Of a stretch of DNA of 64,000 nucleotides, positions 38,494 through 50,987 are shown piece by piece. Each line of letters starts with the position of its first letter. Within the stretch, counting starts at the first letter, position 1. The stretch spans positions 8,885,337 through 8,949,336 of the forward strand of contig OZ199838.1 in NCBI GenBank assembly GCA_964304625.1, in the 5' to 3' direction. The notes below the pieces were generated by a model that was given only the letters and a program-made list of their open reading frames with translations, was not told the origin of the DNA and made no database searches. Source of the DNA: Kudoa neothunni (Eukaryota > Animalia > Cnidaria). A program made the translations under genes and the position numbers.

Positions 38494-38822
38494 CAATGGT
38501 TTTCAACCGGGGTTCCACGGCAGGAATACATACGAAAATTTTTTATTGGCATCGAAATTTATATATATATATATATATATATGTTGCCGATATGTTTAGC
38601 AAAGTCGAATGTGAACAACTTTGTCCTTTTAAATTAAGTATTATTCTCATAACATATACCTAAATTTAGAATAATTTTAATAATCAAGATTTTGCTATCG
38701 TTTCGTATTTTTTCCTTTACAAATTTTCTGCATAGCAAACATTTTGCGATATCAGGGATCGTGTTGTTCTGGCGCATTTGCTTCAACACTTAACACGAGG
38801 ACAAAAAGGTTGAAAACCACTA
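38494..38822. mobile_element. hAT MITE (329 bp) containing a (TA)n tract
   Basis: TIR CAATGGTTTTCAACC / GGTTGAAAACCACTA; 8-bp TSD TACTATTC/TTCTATTC. Confidence 0.75.
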
Positions 38823-39057
38823 TTCTATTCACTAAATAATAATATTTGTTTGTGAGGCTTAAGATTGTTATCTCAACTCAAAGGTAATTCAATAATCGAA
38901 AGGCACTTCTCGCGTTCCGGATAGTTGCCAAACCTTTTGAAGTATTCGAATCGAAAATCTTCAGATGTAAAATAGGTTCCATTTTCCCCCCAGATTTTAA
39001 TTTTAATTTTTTGTTAATGTAGATAATTTCTTTCGTTGTTTTGATTTTTAATAAAAA

Positions 39058-40960
39058 CTAGTGCAAAAGCCCCGCTTCGCGAAGACTTCCTTGCCCAGCC
39101 AAGTAGGCTAATACCTGGCGCAGACTAAAGCCTTTTTGATTTTTAAGTAAATAGCGTTAATTCACAGTTTTGATGGCATTCTGATGGAAAATTTTAACTT
39201 TTATTTTTGAATGGAGAAATTCTACGTAAGATTTAATCTAATTAGCACGTTAAACCCTGTAAATATTATTTTTCTATTTTAATTGTTGCATTTTAAAGCT
39301 TGCCATTCTTTTTGCAATATGATGATTTAGAAAAACAAAATTATGTGCACACTTTCCATTCAAATATAAATAGAGGTATGGAGAGAAATTAATGAGTAAT
39401 TTGAATTTTCTATTACAAATTATTGGCCAAAACTATGATGACCTTAATTTTAAGAGAAATGTAATTAGCGATTAAAGTTCAGTTATTTATGAAACAAAAT
39501 CATTATGTAACTTAAATAGGACCTTCAGTTCTTTTCAAAATTTTGCGATAAAAATTAATTCTTCTAGTTATAAAATTTATTATTAGACTAAAAACAACAA
39601 GAAAAATAAAATCGACCTAAGATGTCTCCGAAGTATAAATATTAATTGTTACTCCTTTTTCCGCAATTTTATAATGATGCCAATGATGTTATAACAAGCT
39701 GTGAGCGGTAACCTACGTATTCACTATTGTAATAAAATTTCCCGATTTATAAATAAATCCAACCTTGCTTTTTATCAAGACTACATACTGGTTAAAAAAT
39801 CTACACATTTAATTACCAATATACGATTAAATCAAAAATGTAAAGGTGTCTTTGGTTTCAAAAATTACAATAATGCTTAAACATCAACCGGTTTTCTCGA
39901 GGGAACGCATCCTTTTAAAAATTAACGTACTGTTTGATTTCCCTAAAAAAATTTCTCCGTATTGAACTATTCCTAGATTAACAAAAACTTTGTGAAAATA
40001 TCGGGTAGATCAAATAGACCAATAATTTCTTATTAACTTACATGGCACATATTGAGAAGGGACTGTGTTTTATGCAACTTTTATATCATAATAAATTAAT
40101 GCGAACCTAAAGAAAATAATATATTGATTTGAATATTAACCTTAAGGTCTGGGGTAAGGAATAATTACGTTACTAAGAACTTAAACTTTATATAAAAAAT
40201 TATCTCATTAAATATAAAAACTTATCGAAAAGACGAATATAGTTTCAATCTCAATCGATATATTTGATAAAGAGAAATGTTCACATCTCAGGAATTTAAA
40301 TGGAGCACAACTTTAATTTAAGCAGTTATTAGAAAAATTATATCATTTGAAAACATTAAACACATTTTACATCGTTTTTAGAATGCGTGTAGAGACCCAA
40401 ATTATTCCAACACGGCAACAACTTTAATCTCAAATGATGTGTTTCATTCAAAATGATCATAATCTATTTTGCTAAACTAAATCCTTAACGCTCAAAATGA
40501 GAAAACACATACCAAATAACTTGTTTTTGCTTCAAATTTTAAGGGAAATGAGATAACCCTTGTAAATGTGACGTTAATAGTTTTATTTGTCTTAAACGTA
40601 CTCCGAACAGACATATGTAAAATTGTTAGAACATTCTATACCATAATTAAGAGACTCTTTTTCTATATAATGAGTAAAAGTTCATTTTAATTGGTTATCA
40701 ATCAGAGGTAAACAAATATCAATATTATTCAGGTACTTTTAATCTGCTATTTGTGAAGACAACCAGAAAATTCCTTACTTCGGACGGTGTTATTGACTAT
40801 ATTTATACTTCTAAGTAAATGATCGATTTTTATTAATGGTTTTATGTATTCAAATACAAACTTACAACTATATTTAAAGAAAGTTTCTCCGTGGCACATG
40901 TGTACTGCTGCAAACTGACGCACACACTGACAGACATAACAACTTTGTTATGTATATAGA
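39058..40960 (-). mobile_element. Non-autonomous Helitron (about 1.9 kb)
   Basis: On the minus strand it starts A|TCTATATACATAACAAAG..TGTCTGTC and ends with a CTTCGC-GAA-GCGGGG hairpin, 9 nt and CTAG|T. No TSD, as expected for a Helitron. Confidence 0.75.
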
Positions 40961-42890
40961 TTAAACGACTTTATATTAATTTCTGTCATTTTTTCGCACG
41001 TGTATTTGTGTAAAACCTATTTAATGTTTCGGTCACTTTGTTGAATAGGGTTTATTATAATTATCCTTAACGTATAATATATTTATTCAAAATAGTTATT
41101 TTTATTTTAATAAATGTTTTAATTAGATTAATGTATTAAATATAAATCAAATTGAATGAAATGACTAAAACTGACCACCGCGCGTGTCAAAAAACAACCC
41201 CTTAGCTCGGAAACCAAATTCATATCTACTTTAAGTTTTTATATCGGTTTAGCTCAGGCATGTGGTGTCAGGGTAAGTAGTACCTACCCGAGAGTACAAA
41301 ACAACAACAAAAATTTTCTTATAAAAATAGTTTTTATTTAATTTAACATGTCTTCTTATTTTACATAAAATAAAAAGTTTGATAATTCTTTGACAGCATC
41401 AACACGAACTAGCACCTGTCGCATGCGCCAGTTAACACACGGCGTTTTATTTGCCTCTGGAAGCAAAATTTTCGCTGCCACTCGAATACTTTCGGCTCAA
41501 TATTCCAAATTAATGAATTTTATATCTTTTATTTATAGGTGCATTAGACATTACACTTCACGGGGTAAATAATTTTTTAATGATTAAACTCTAATCGTTA
41601 ATCCCTGTTTTGTTTACTTTAAAAATAGTTGTAGGAAGAAGAAATAAAAATTACAACAAAAGATAGATCAAATTACCAGAACATTCCAAACTATCTGGTA
41701 CAACAAATAACAAATCGACTTTTTTGTTTTGCACGAATGCTTTTCTCAGCATCCCGCGAAAGTGTTTGGGTGAATGAAGGGTATTGTGGCTGAAAAAATT
41801 TTTGACGGCTTCCAGACTCACGATAATCTAATACTGGGGTAAAATCATTGAGTGCTTACCTCAAGAAAATATCCACTCCACGTGCCTGACATGTGCGTAA
41901 TATGGCCCCAGGTTGGGAAACACTGCTCTGGGTCATTATTGATAATATTTTGATTATCCGTTCGTCTAGGTATGGGTTTTGGAGACCAGATTAAAGATTT
42001 GTCTTTTAAAATATAAGAAATGGAACTTATACTATTTTTATCCATTTGGATGCATTCTTTTGTAATGTCAACATCATCTATATATAGAAATATAATGCGA
42101 GATCCTTCAAAATTGAAATTACTCAATAATTTAGCATTAAAAAATTCAGATTCTCTTTCTGTCTGCAATAACTTTTCAATTTCACTTTAAAATATACTTT
42201 CTGCATCAGAGGTTATTATTGCTGGACAATACAATGTGCTGGGAAAATCCGGTTAGTATTAATATTTGGGATTAAAAATGGTTAATTTTGTTATTTGTGT
42301 ACTTAATAATAAGCTCGCGTGTATCTCCAATACCTTAATATGAGCGAATAAATTTTGAATATGATACAAAATGATAGAAGTCAATTTTTTATGAATTTAC
42401 GTGAAATCCGGTGTAAAACTGATTATAATTGGCGAATTCAATGCCAGTTTTATTCGGAAATAGGCTCGTGGAGCCCAGGGTTAGAAATTATAATTGTATC
42501 TCGCCTTTGGTGATCATCTACTGTAGATACTTTTATTTGAAATAAAACTTAGCGCCATGCTTAAAAATATCCATTTAAAGATTTCTCATAGTGAAATCAA
42601 CTAAGGTTATATTTCAATTTTTTGGAATGTACAATAATTTTTTGCAATAATGTGACCATTCAAAAATAAGGGCGAAAAAACGGGGAAAAATCTGGCACTA
42701 GATCTCATCGTTTTTGGAAGAGATATTTATTAAAATTCTTATAAAGTTTGTAAATTGAAGATTATACCGAGTCAAACTTTATAGTAAGATTAAAGCTAAA
42801 TTGGTTGATAACTTTAATTCAATTTCAAACCACAACTTAAATCAAACCGGCTTAATGATAGGGGTTGACACGCAAGCGCAAATATTAAAA

Positions 42891-43220
42891 ATGCAAAGAG
42901 ATAAAAGGGTCTCGCTAAGACCATTCGTCCAGGAGATGGAATATGAAAATCGCATAAAACCTACTGGATGTTTACCGTTGTATTACGATGTTAAAGTAAC
43001 TATTTAGAGGTACTTTTGTTTTATATGCGCCAAGAAATGTCTCAGCATAACCGGAAACACAAAACAATGTACTGAAGTCTACAAAAAATTCAATATATGC
43101 CTACAAGAGCATAGTATGAAACATAGCAAGGAAAAAATGAAGCATATTGAAGAAGTGAAAAGAAAAAATAAAGAGATATTGGAGAAAAACGCGAAACAAC
43201 CAGACAAAGTCGATTCATAA
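42891..43220 (+). CDS. COA4: Twin CX9C mitochondrial intermembrane-space protein, COA4 (CHCHD8/CMC3)-like, 2 exons
   Basis: Splicing out 42996-43034 (39 bp) gives ENRIKPTGC-LPLYYDVKK-C-LSITGNTKQ-C-TEVYKKFNI-C, i.e. C-X9-C-X9-C-X9-C, followed by a coiled-coil tail. Confidence 0.7.
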
Positions 43221-44488
43221 TTTTTCGGTTAATAATTTTACTGTAGAATATTTTTATGTGAAATTTTTTTTTATTAATTTTCTAGTTTTTTAACTTATGA
43301 TTCACATCGAATGTCTTAATTTTTAGAAAATATTGCATGTATATAATCCGTCAAAAATTTATATTAGAGCTGATAAATTTTAATTAATTGAAATGGTTGT
43401 GTAAATAATTAAAATGGCGTCAACTGATAACGTGTTTTTAACTGAACCATTTATCGCGCTATAATGAGGGAGTTTCATTAATAAAATTAGAAATAAGTTA
43501 GACATCTATATGATCTAACCCAATGCTTCCCAACATAGGAGTGACGTCCCACCGGTGGGTGTGGATAAATTTTGGTAGGGTATAAAAATTTTTGAACGTT
43601 TAGTGAGTTACTCTGGTGGGACGCGGAAAATTCTGAGCATTTATGTGGCATGGATCATGATGAGATAATTGGGGGGTTTGATGCACATTGAAATCAATGC
43701 GACGATTTTTTATCTCGCTTATTTTTATGTGATTATTAATACCATAAAACAGTGATTAATTATCTTACAGGAAATGGCTCCTGGTGCGATAAATAATATT
43801 CGGGTGACATTAGTTTTGATTGTATTCAATTATTTCTGCCCTTAAGAGCGAAGTGGTGGGTCAGAAGTAATCAAATATAGCAGACCCTACAAAATTAAAT
43901 CTATAAACAGTTTGAAGGTAAAGATTGCGGAGATTAAAAAATTTCAGTGCCAATGGTCTGTGCCCTGGTTCAAATTGCGTAAAATGCGCGAGCAATGTTT
44001 AAGCTTGACCATTTAGATTTCATATCTAGAGAACTTATCTAAAAGTTCTAAATACTATTTTGTACTTACGAATGCCAACATTAAGCCCACCCATGTTGGT
44101 TATTGGTCAGCAGATTTTAACTCATTCCTATAACCATGAGACACCTTGCTACGTTGAAGCACTCATGTATCATGTAACATATTATAGCGTCGTAATATTT
44201 GCTATGAACAATGACAAAACTTTTAGGAATGCATCACACATTCAACAACCAAAAGCAAGTGTAAAGATTTGTTGGTAACATATCAAAAATGCTATCACGA
44301 CGAGATTCGTAAAAATATTGCAAAAAATAAAGAGAAAATGAAATTAAAGAGACAGAAAACATAATTTTTTGTATTTTTAAAGGGCGTTTTTGTTGCTGCA
44401 TTAATTTTCAAAAATAACTGCGCAAGCATAAACAATTTTAAATGTGGAGTACGACATTGTCCGAGTGCGTACATCGTACATTTGAAGC

Positions 44489-44746
44489 ATGAATCCTGTG
44501 GATCCAAATCTTCTACAAATCACCAAAGATAGATATGTTGCACTTATCAACGAATGTGGCTGCACAAAAATATACGAAGAGTTGCTGCAACACCACAAAA
44601 AAGGGAAAAACTGTGATATACTGGCAAACAAAATTGGCGAATGCGTAAAGAAAGATCTAATGTCAAAAAGAAAGGAAGAAGAAAAAAGATTGATCAAAGA
44701 ACGAGAAGAACTGATATTGGAAAAATACAAAAACTTAAAACAATAA
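44489..44746 (+). CDS. Small CX9C-type protein (COA4/CMC2-like) with degenerate first CX9C
   Basis: GC-TKIYEELLQ-H ... C-DILANKIGE-C and a charged coiled-coil tail. Same size and layout as the upstream gene. Confidence 0.6.
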   Translation: MNPVDPNLLQITKDRYVALINECGCTKIYEELLQHHKKGKNCDILANKIGECVKKDLMSKRKEEEKRLIKEREELILEKYKNLKQ

Positions 44747-45390
44747 TCCACTATTATACATAAATGTCGAACAACCATATATTTCATTTATCTAGTTTTT
44801 CATCCTTAAATCTTGATGTTTTCTGCTTGTGTGCAATATAACTTTTGATTATTCTAAGTGTAATTTATTGTTGTCGTTTTGAGTTAAATGTATTCACCTG
44901 TTATGACGTTCTGCATTCTCCATGTCTTGGTTGAGTTTTTCTATTTGATCGTAAAGTGCCAAATTTTCCTTAAGCAATTAGACTTTGAATTATATAATTA
45001 TCAATATTAAATATACATATAGGATTTGTTGGATGCGCATTTGATATATGTTGATTGAGGTTGTAGGTTTAGTTTTATGCAGGATTTTTCTTGAGGTTTT
45101 GCGCCTTGGTAAAACAGTTTGATCTGAAGGTTTACCTTTTTCGCTATAAATATGGATAAGACTATCAAATTGGGTCTCAATAAAGTTACACATTCATATT
45201 TCGCAAAAATCTAAATCTGAAACAACTCAAATGATAGATATTCAAACAGCTTAAATGTTTTTCAATTGGTTCAGTTGAAAGTCATGCGCAAAGGCAAAAA
45301 CAGTGGCCTGCCTGCGTGATGTCTCTGCGCTAGCTTGACATTTATTGTGGTGCCTTTATTCGGTAATTTATACAATTTCAATTAATCGAT

Positions 45391-45944
45391 ATGTCAAACA
45401 ATGCTGACAATGCGTTAGAACTTAAAACCAAATATTATGATCGAAAATTCGAAGTATTAATCGGACCGATTGAGACTATTTTTAGTTGCTTGATATAGGG
45501 AACCAAAGAAAAATATCTTGATCTTATCGAAGAATCATCCACACTTTACATTGGAAATCTTTCTTTTTCAACAACCGAAGATCAAATGTATGAACTCTTT
45601 TCCAGAGTTGGTATTGTTAAAACGGTCATTATGGGCCGGCATAGATACACTCATGAGCTATGTGGATTCTGTTTCGTGGTCTATTTCAACCATGAGGATG
45701 CTTTGAAAGCGCTAAAATATATCAATTTAACTCATCTGGACAATCGACTCATTCGATGTGACATTGATCGGGGGTTTGAGGAGGGTAGACAATATGGAAG
45801 AGGAGTCTCTGGTGGACAGGTATTCATTATGGCCACATTTTAGATTCAGTTTATTTTTAGGTTCGCGATGAAAATCGAACCTCCTTTGACAAAGACCGTG
45901 GTGGTTACGGGAAGTCAGCCACTTCTCATGGCAGCTATAAATAA
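45391..45944 (+). CDS. NCBP2: Nuclear cap-binding protein subunit 2 (CBP20), 3 exons
   Basis: YYDRKF / STLYIGNLSFSTTEDQMYELFS...CGFCFVVY..LDNRLIRCDIDRGFEEGRQYGRGVSGGQ / VRDENR..FDKDRGGYGK. Confidence 0.95.
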
Positions 45945-47266
45945 ATTCCATTGTCTAATCTCATCTCTAATTTTTGTTAATTTTGAGTTTTTTATTGGCG
46001 CTCGTCTAAATCTATGCGTATACACTTGCAAGCATAATATTTATGTAATCCGAATCCTAAAAAATAAACATTTGATAGAGTCTTTTCTCGAGTCGTGTGT
46101 GAAAATTATTTTCTCTTGTTCTTTTTTGCATATTTTGTAATCGATCAAAAATTAAATAAGTAACTATCTATTATATGAATAAAATTGTGTGTGCGTCTGC
46201 AGCGTTAAGCATGTTCCGTGGAGGAATTTCTGCTTAAATACAATTTTCAACATGCATTTAAAGTAATGATACCATTATAAAAATTCATTAATTCACATAA
46301 AAATATTTTTTGAATCAATATCATTATCAGAAGTAAGGGCACTCCCCATTGTTTACTCAAACAACTGAATAAAAAGTATCTAAGTAACATTGATGTTTGG
46401 ATACTTCAGAGTGATAATCAACTGGAATGAACGTTTACCTTCTATATGTAGAATGATCTAAAAGTGTTATATATGTAGTTTAGAGTAAGTTGAATACAGA
46501 TTAAGCTAACAACGCCAGGTTTACAAGAGATGTTGCATTTCTCTTAAAATTAATGGCGTATAACAATTTTATAAGATGTAGATTCATTTATCAAATGCTA
46601 TAGGTATATTTTATGCTAAAAAGATTGTGATCATTTTAACTAGAACATATTATTTGAGACTATAAATTGGTGACCTATGCGTATTGAGAAAAAGATGTAA
46701 GATGTGAGTGGAGTTTCCAAATAATCAAACTTTTGTTGTAACTTCTTAGATAGAAATTATATTTGTCAGAATGCCGAAAGTGGGAAAAATTTTTTATTAT
46801 CAAGTTAATCGATTGAGATTATTTTTATTTTTATGAAAAGTTTTTATTCATTTTTCGAGTTTCCTAAACTTTATTGCGTAATAACTGATGTAACTATTTC
46901 AATAATTTTTTATATTTAATGAAATAATTTTTTTAAATTAAGTTTGACCTCCCATAAACGTTATTATTTCCTATCTTCAGATTTTGAAGTTAATATTCAA
47001 TCAAGGTTAGGTTGCCTTTAAGCTAAAAATAACTAAAAAAGGTATCAATACAATAGAAAAATATGACATATTTCGTGCTATAGGTAGTTTTATAATAAAA
47101 ATCCACAATTACTTTTGGACAAAAAACAGTAAACTCCCATTAACCGCTAATTTTCTAATTTGCTATTAAATATGAAATTATTATTTGCTTTAATCAGATG
47201 AAATTTTTACATAGTTTGCAATAATCTGAGAATAATTTGAAAAATTTAATCGAAGACAATCTAATA

Positions 47267-47941
47267 CAGTAGGAAATCGATTTTGCACAATCTCTTCCGA
47301 GGCAAGAAAAAGTAATTATACACCTAGCGTTTGGAAAGTAAACGAAAAAATTGGCATCCTTTTTATTGACCCAATAAAAATGAATGAAAATTATAACGCA
47401 GAAAAAAATACCAAGCGATACTTAATTTGAATTTTTGAAAAAATCAATAGTTTTGGATTGTTATATTTTGACCTCTATGACATACATGTCAATTTCTCGT
47501 TCTAACAATAATCGAAAACGATCTAAAATTTTTTAACCTATTGGGAAAATTTAATTCTTTTTCCCGGGAGTGCCATTTAGGGTTGCTATATTTGATATGT
47601 TGAAATGTCCCATAGTAACTATCTTAACTTTTTTTAACGGAAGATTTTCTAAGTATTTTATGATTTTGTATTTTCCTTCTAATTTTCGTAATTTTTACCA
47701 TCGCTTGTCGCTGTATTTCTAATTTTTATGGGAGTAATGTACATTGATCAACAGATGGTCTGGAATAAGTGTGTAAAATCGGCACATCACGTGATTATAT
47801 ATATATTTGCATCATTTAAGTCAACTATTTGAACCAGAGTTACCGTTAAGTTGAATATATTTGTTCATATAAACATTTAAGACATTTAGAATTATACTTA
47901 AATAACTTTCACAAAAAGTGTGCAAAATCGATTACCGACTG
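47267..47941. mobile_element. Tc1/pogo-type MITE (675 bp)
   Basis: TIR CAGT(A/C)GG(A/T)AATCGATTTTGCACA, TA on both sides. Confidence 0.75.
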
Positions 47942-47944
47942 TAG

Positions 47945-47970
47945 TATATATATATATATATATATATATA
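47945..47970. repeat. (TA)13 microsatellite
   Basis: Directly visible, next to the MITE end. Confidence 0.95.
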
Positions 47971-48468
47971 CTTAAACTAAAGCATTCTTTCAAGAGACCA
48001 ATTAAAAGTTACTTATTGTTGGGGTTTTCAATTTCAAAATACTTTTACATTCTATATGTAAGTGTACTTTTCCAAAGTTAAATATTATTATGACCAGAAT
48101 AATTTTTTGTTAAAAATAAAAGATATATAAAAATTGAAAAACTGTATTATAATAGCGAAATTATAATTTCCAACTCATAGATTTTTAAAACCTCATTAAC
48201 ATCCTTTATAAAATTGCAAGAAAGGAGTAACGTTTAATGTCATCCCCCTTTAGTGTAGAACCACTCCACGGTTTATTAGTTTTTTCCCATCTGGTATATA
48301 ATACACGATCAGTTATAAAGTTAATCATTTTATATTTCGAAAATGTTCAAAAAGTGTAAAAAATTTTTACTGTGGCATGAGGAAAATTCGCCTGAGACGA
48401 ATTTTCGTTGCGCGCGAGTTCGTAAAAATCTTTAAAAAATAAGCGGCAACGAGAAAAAAAACTATACT

Positions 48469-49972
48469 ATGTTAAAAACAAAAAGAAATAGGGATTTGCT
48501 GTTGTTTGAAGATTATTTTTACACGAAGGATTATTCTACAAATACATATCAATATTGGAAGTGTCAAAATAGGATGTGCCGCGGGAGATTAAGAACTGAT
48601 TCTTCGGAAATTCGGAATATTGAAAAAATTAACTTTCATAATCATAATATATCAGACGATAAAAAAATATGATATTTTTTCAGGACAAAATACGAAAATT
48701 GGCTGAGAGTACATCTTACTGCATCAGTAAAGTATATAGTATTGCTTCTAATAGTCAAAATATCAACGACTTGCCTGTGGTGAAAAAATTCTATATTAAT
48801 AAAAATATCTAAAACATACGGAAAAGGAGAAATATTCAAATAAATCCTAAAACAAACCTTTTCGGTTTCCTAACGACATTACGAAACGACAATTTTTGCA
48901 TTTACGATACAGGATCTTCTGACACAACTAGATTAATTATTTTCGGAACAAACAATAATCTGGCCCATCTGAAAAATTCCCATTGTTGGATTGCTGAATT
49001 GAACCTTTCAAGTTGCATCCAGAGAATTTTACCAACTTTACACTATTCATGGGAAAATTTTTGAAAGAGTTTTTCCCCTAATATATGTTTTTATGCCCAA
49101 TAAATATGAGCAAACATACGAAATGGTCCTTTAAATTATCAAAAATCAAGAATTAATTGAATTCCCCGAAAATATAGTACTCGACTTTGAGGTTGGTTCT
49201 TTTAATGCTTTTAAGAAGCATCAAAATCCAATATATATTTTTGCTTGTTCCATTTCGGGCAATGCGTATATCGAAAAATACAGAACTTGGGATTATCAAA
49301 AGAATATCAAAATAATGCTGATTTTATGCTTTTATAAAATGCTTTACATCTTTGGCATTCGTTCCATTAAATAATTTTAAAGATGAATTTGAGAAATTGA
49401 AAAAAAATCTTCCGACTTTAAAAACCTCAATTTGACTCCCTTTTTAGAGTATTTAAAAAAAAACTTCATAAATAGCACAAAATACCCATTAGAATGTTGG
49501 AACGCATATTCAAGAACGCTAGAAAGTATCCAGCTTACATCCAATTCAGCTGAAAATTTCAACCGACATTTCCGTTCTCGTTTCGAGCAGCCACATCCCA
49601 GTCTTGTGACATTCATAGAGAAATTAAAAGAGTATCAAAGTTCCGTCGAGCAAGATATAATTTACCAGATGTGTAATCCTATTTCCCAATCTTCAAATAA
49701 GAAGACTCGATTAAAATTAGAAAATTTAAGATGTATCTGCCAAAAATATGATCGGTATTATGGTACATTTTACTTAGAAGCGATCTCAAAAACTTATTGT
49801 TGTCTCGGCTCCCTCATTCATTGAGTCTCCCGCTGTATCCTGTTTCGCACTCATCCTGGTTAGCGCCATAGAAACACTTTTGCAAGACACGACACAAAAC
49901 GATTAATATCGAGCATAAGTCAAATATAAAAGAATATATATATCCAACACTTATAATTGGAAGTTGGGTTAA
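48469..49972 (+). pseudogene. FLYWCH-type MULE transposase, multiply frameshifted
   Basis: LLFEDYFY..YWKC..CRGR..HNH (FLYWCH); QLYTIHG, FPLIY, VLDFE, CLFHFGQ, TSNSAENFN. The C-terminus KTY|NWKLG* is split by a solo LTR. Confidence 0.85.
49798..49949. mobile_element. Solo LTR (152 bp)
   Basis: TGTTG...CAACA with perfect 5-bp TSD CTTAT (49793-49797 and 49950-49954). Confidence 0.75.
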
Positions 49973-50987
49973 TATTGATAGTTTTAATTTCATTATAGAA
50001 ATTATTATTTGGTTAGTGATCATGCATTCTTGATGATATTTGCGTTTTTTCTCTCGCGCAGACGAATTTTCGTCTTGTGACTGTATGGTAAATAATGAAT
50101 ATTTCTGTATAATTTGTATTTTTAAATGTATTTTAAATTGTGCCTTTTAAGTAATATCTAATCTTTCATAAATTTGTCAAAAAACATTATAGATACCTAT
50201 TAACCTTCTTCTATTTATTTAATTGATTTTAATTGCCAAATTTATGCATATTTTGACTAAAATATTGTTTTCTTTAGTGCAGAGAACAAAGATAACCTTT
50301 AAAAAGATCCGTACACGAGAAGAAATAGAAGTATACATTTTTCAAACTCCACTCAAAAATTTAATTTATTATTCTACTACCCCATACCTAAAATTAATAC
50401 CAATTTTAAAAATCTCCTCACTCACTACCAGACTTTGCTGGGTATTCTCGCTAATTTTATATAAGCATAAAAACCACGATTACGTATGATATGTACTGAA
50501 AAATACAAAAACTGGAATGCCATATCATCACTAACATAGAACAAGTACATCATAATGATTATCATATTTATACAGAATTTCAAATAGATACTTATTAGTT
50601 TTGCGCTTCAATCGTAGATAATAAGTTATTGCTTATATAACCAATATTTCAAGCCGATTTATATTTTTATAACGTTCCAACTAATAAATTAAAAAACTTG
50701 TAAACTTAATACAGGAGGATCTCCACATACTGGCACCTGTTGAAACCAGACTTAGAGCTGAAACATTGAACAGTATGATTCGGAATGCTACTTAAATACG
50801 TTGGAAAGCTCAGTTTTCTATCGCAACTAATCATTGATACTTTATATCAGTAATAATACTGCGAATGGATTCAATAAAATGTTTTTATTGAAGAAACTGA
50901 GAGATGAACAAACACAAAAACGCAACCGCTCACTAATCGAAAAAATATAGTTGTTTACTATCACCTGAATAGTAAAATATATCTAGG

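Noticed and set aside
32384-41925. One large hAT element capturing ZNHIT1 (CAGTGTTTC ... GAAACACTG ends)
   Set aside because: The flanking 8-mers do not match and orphan hAT ends are common in the window.
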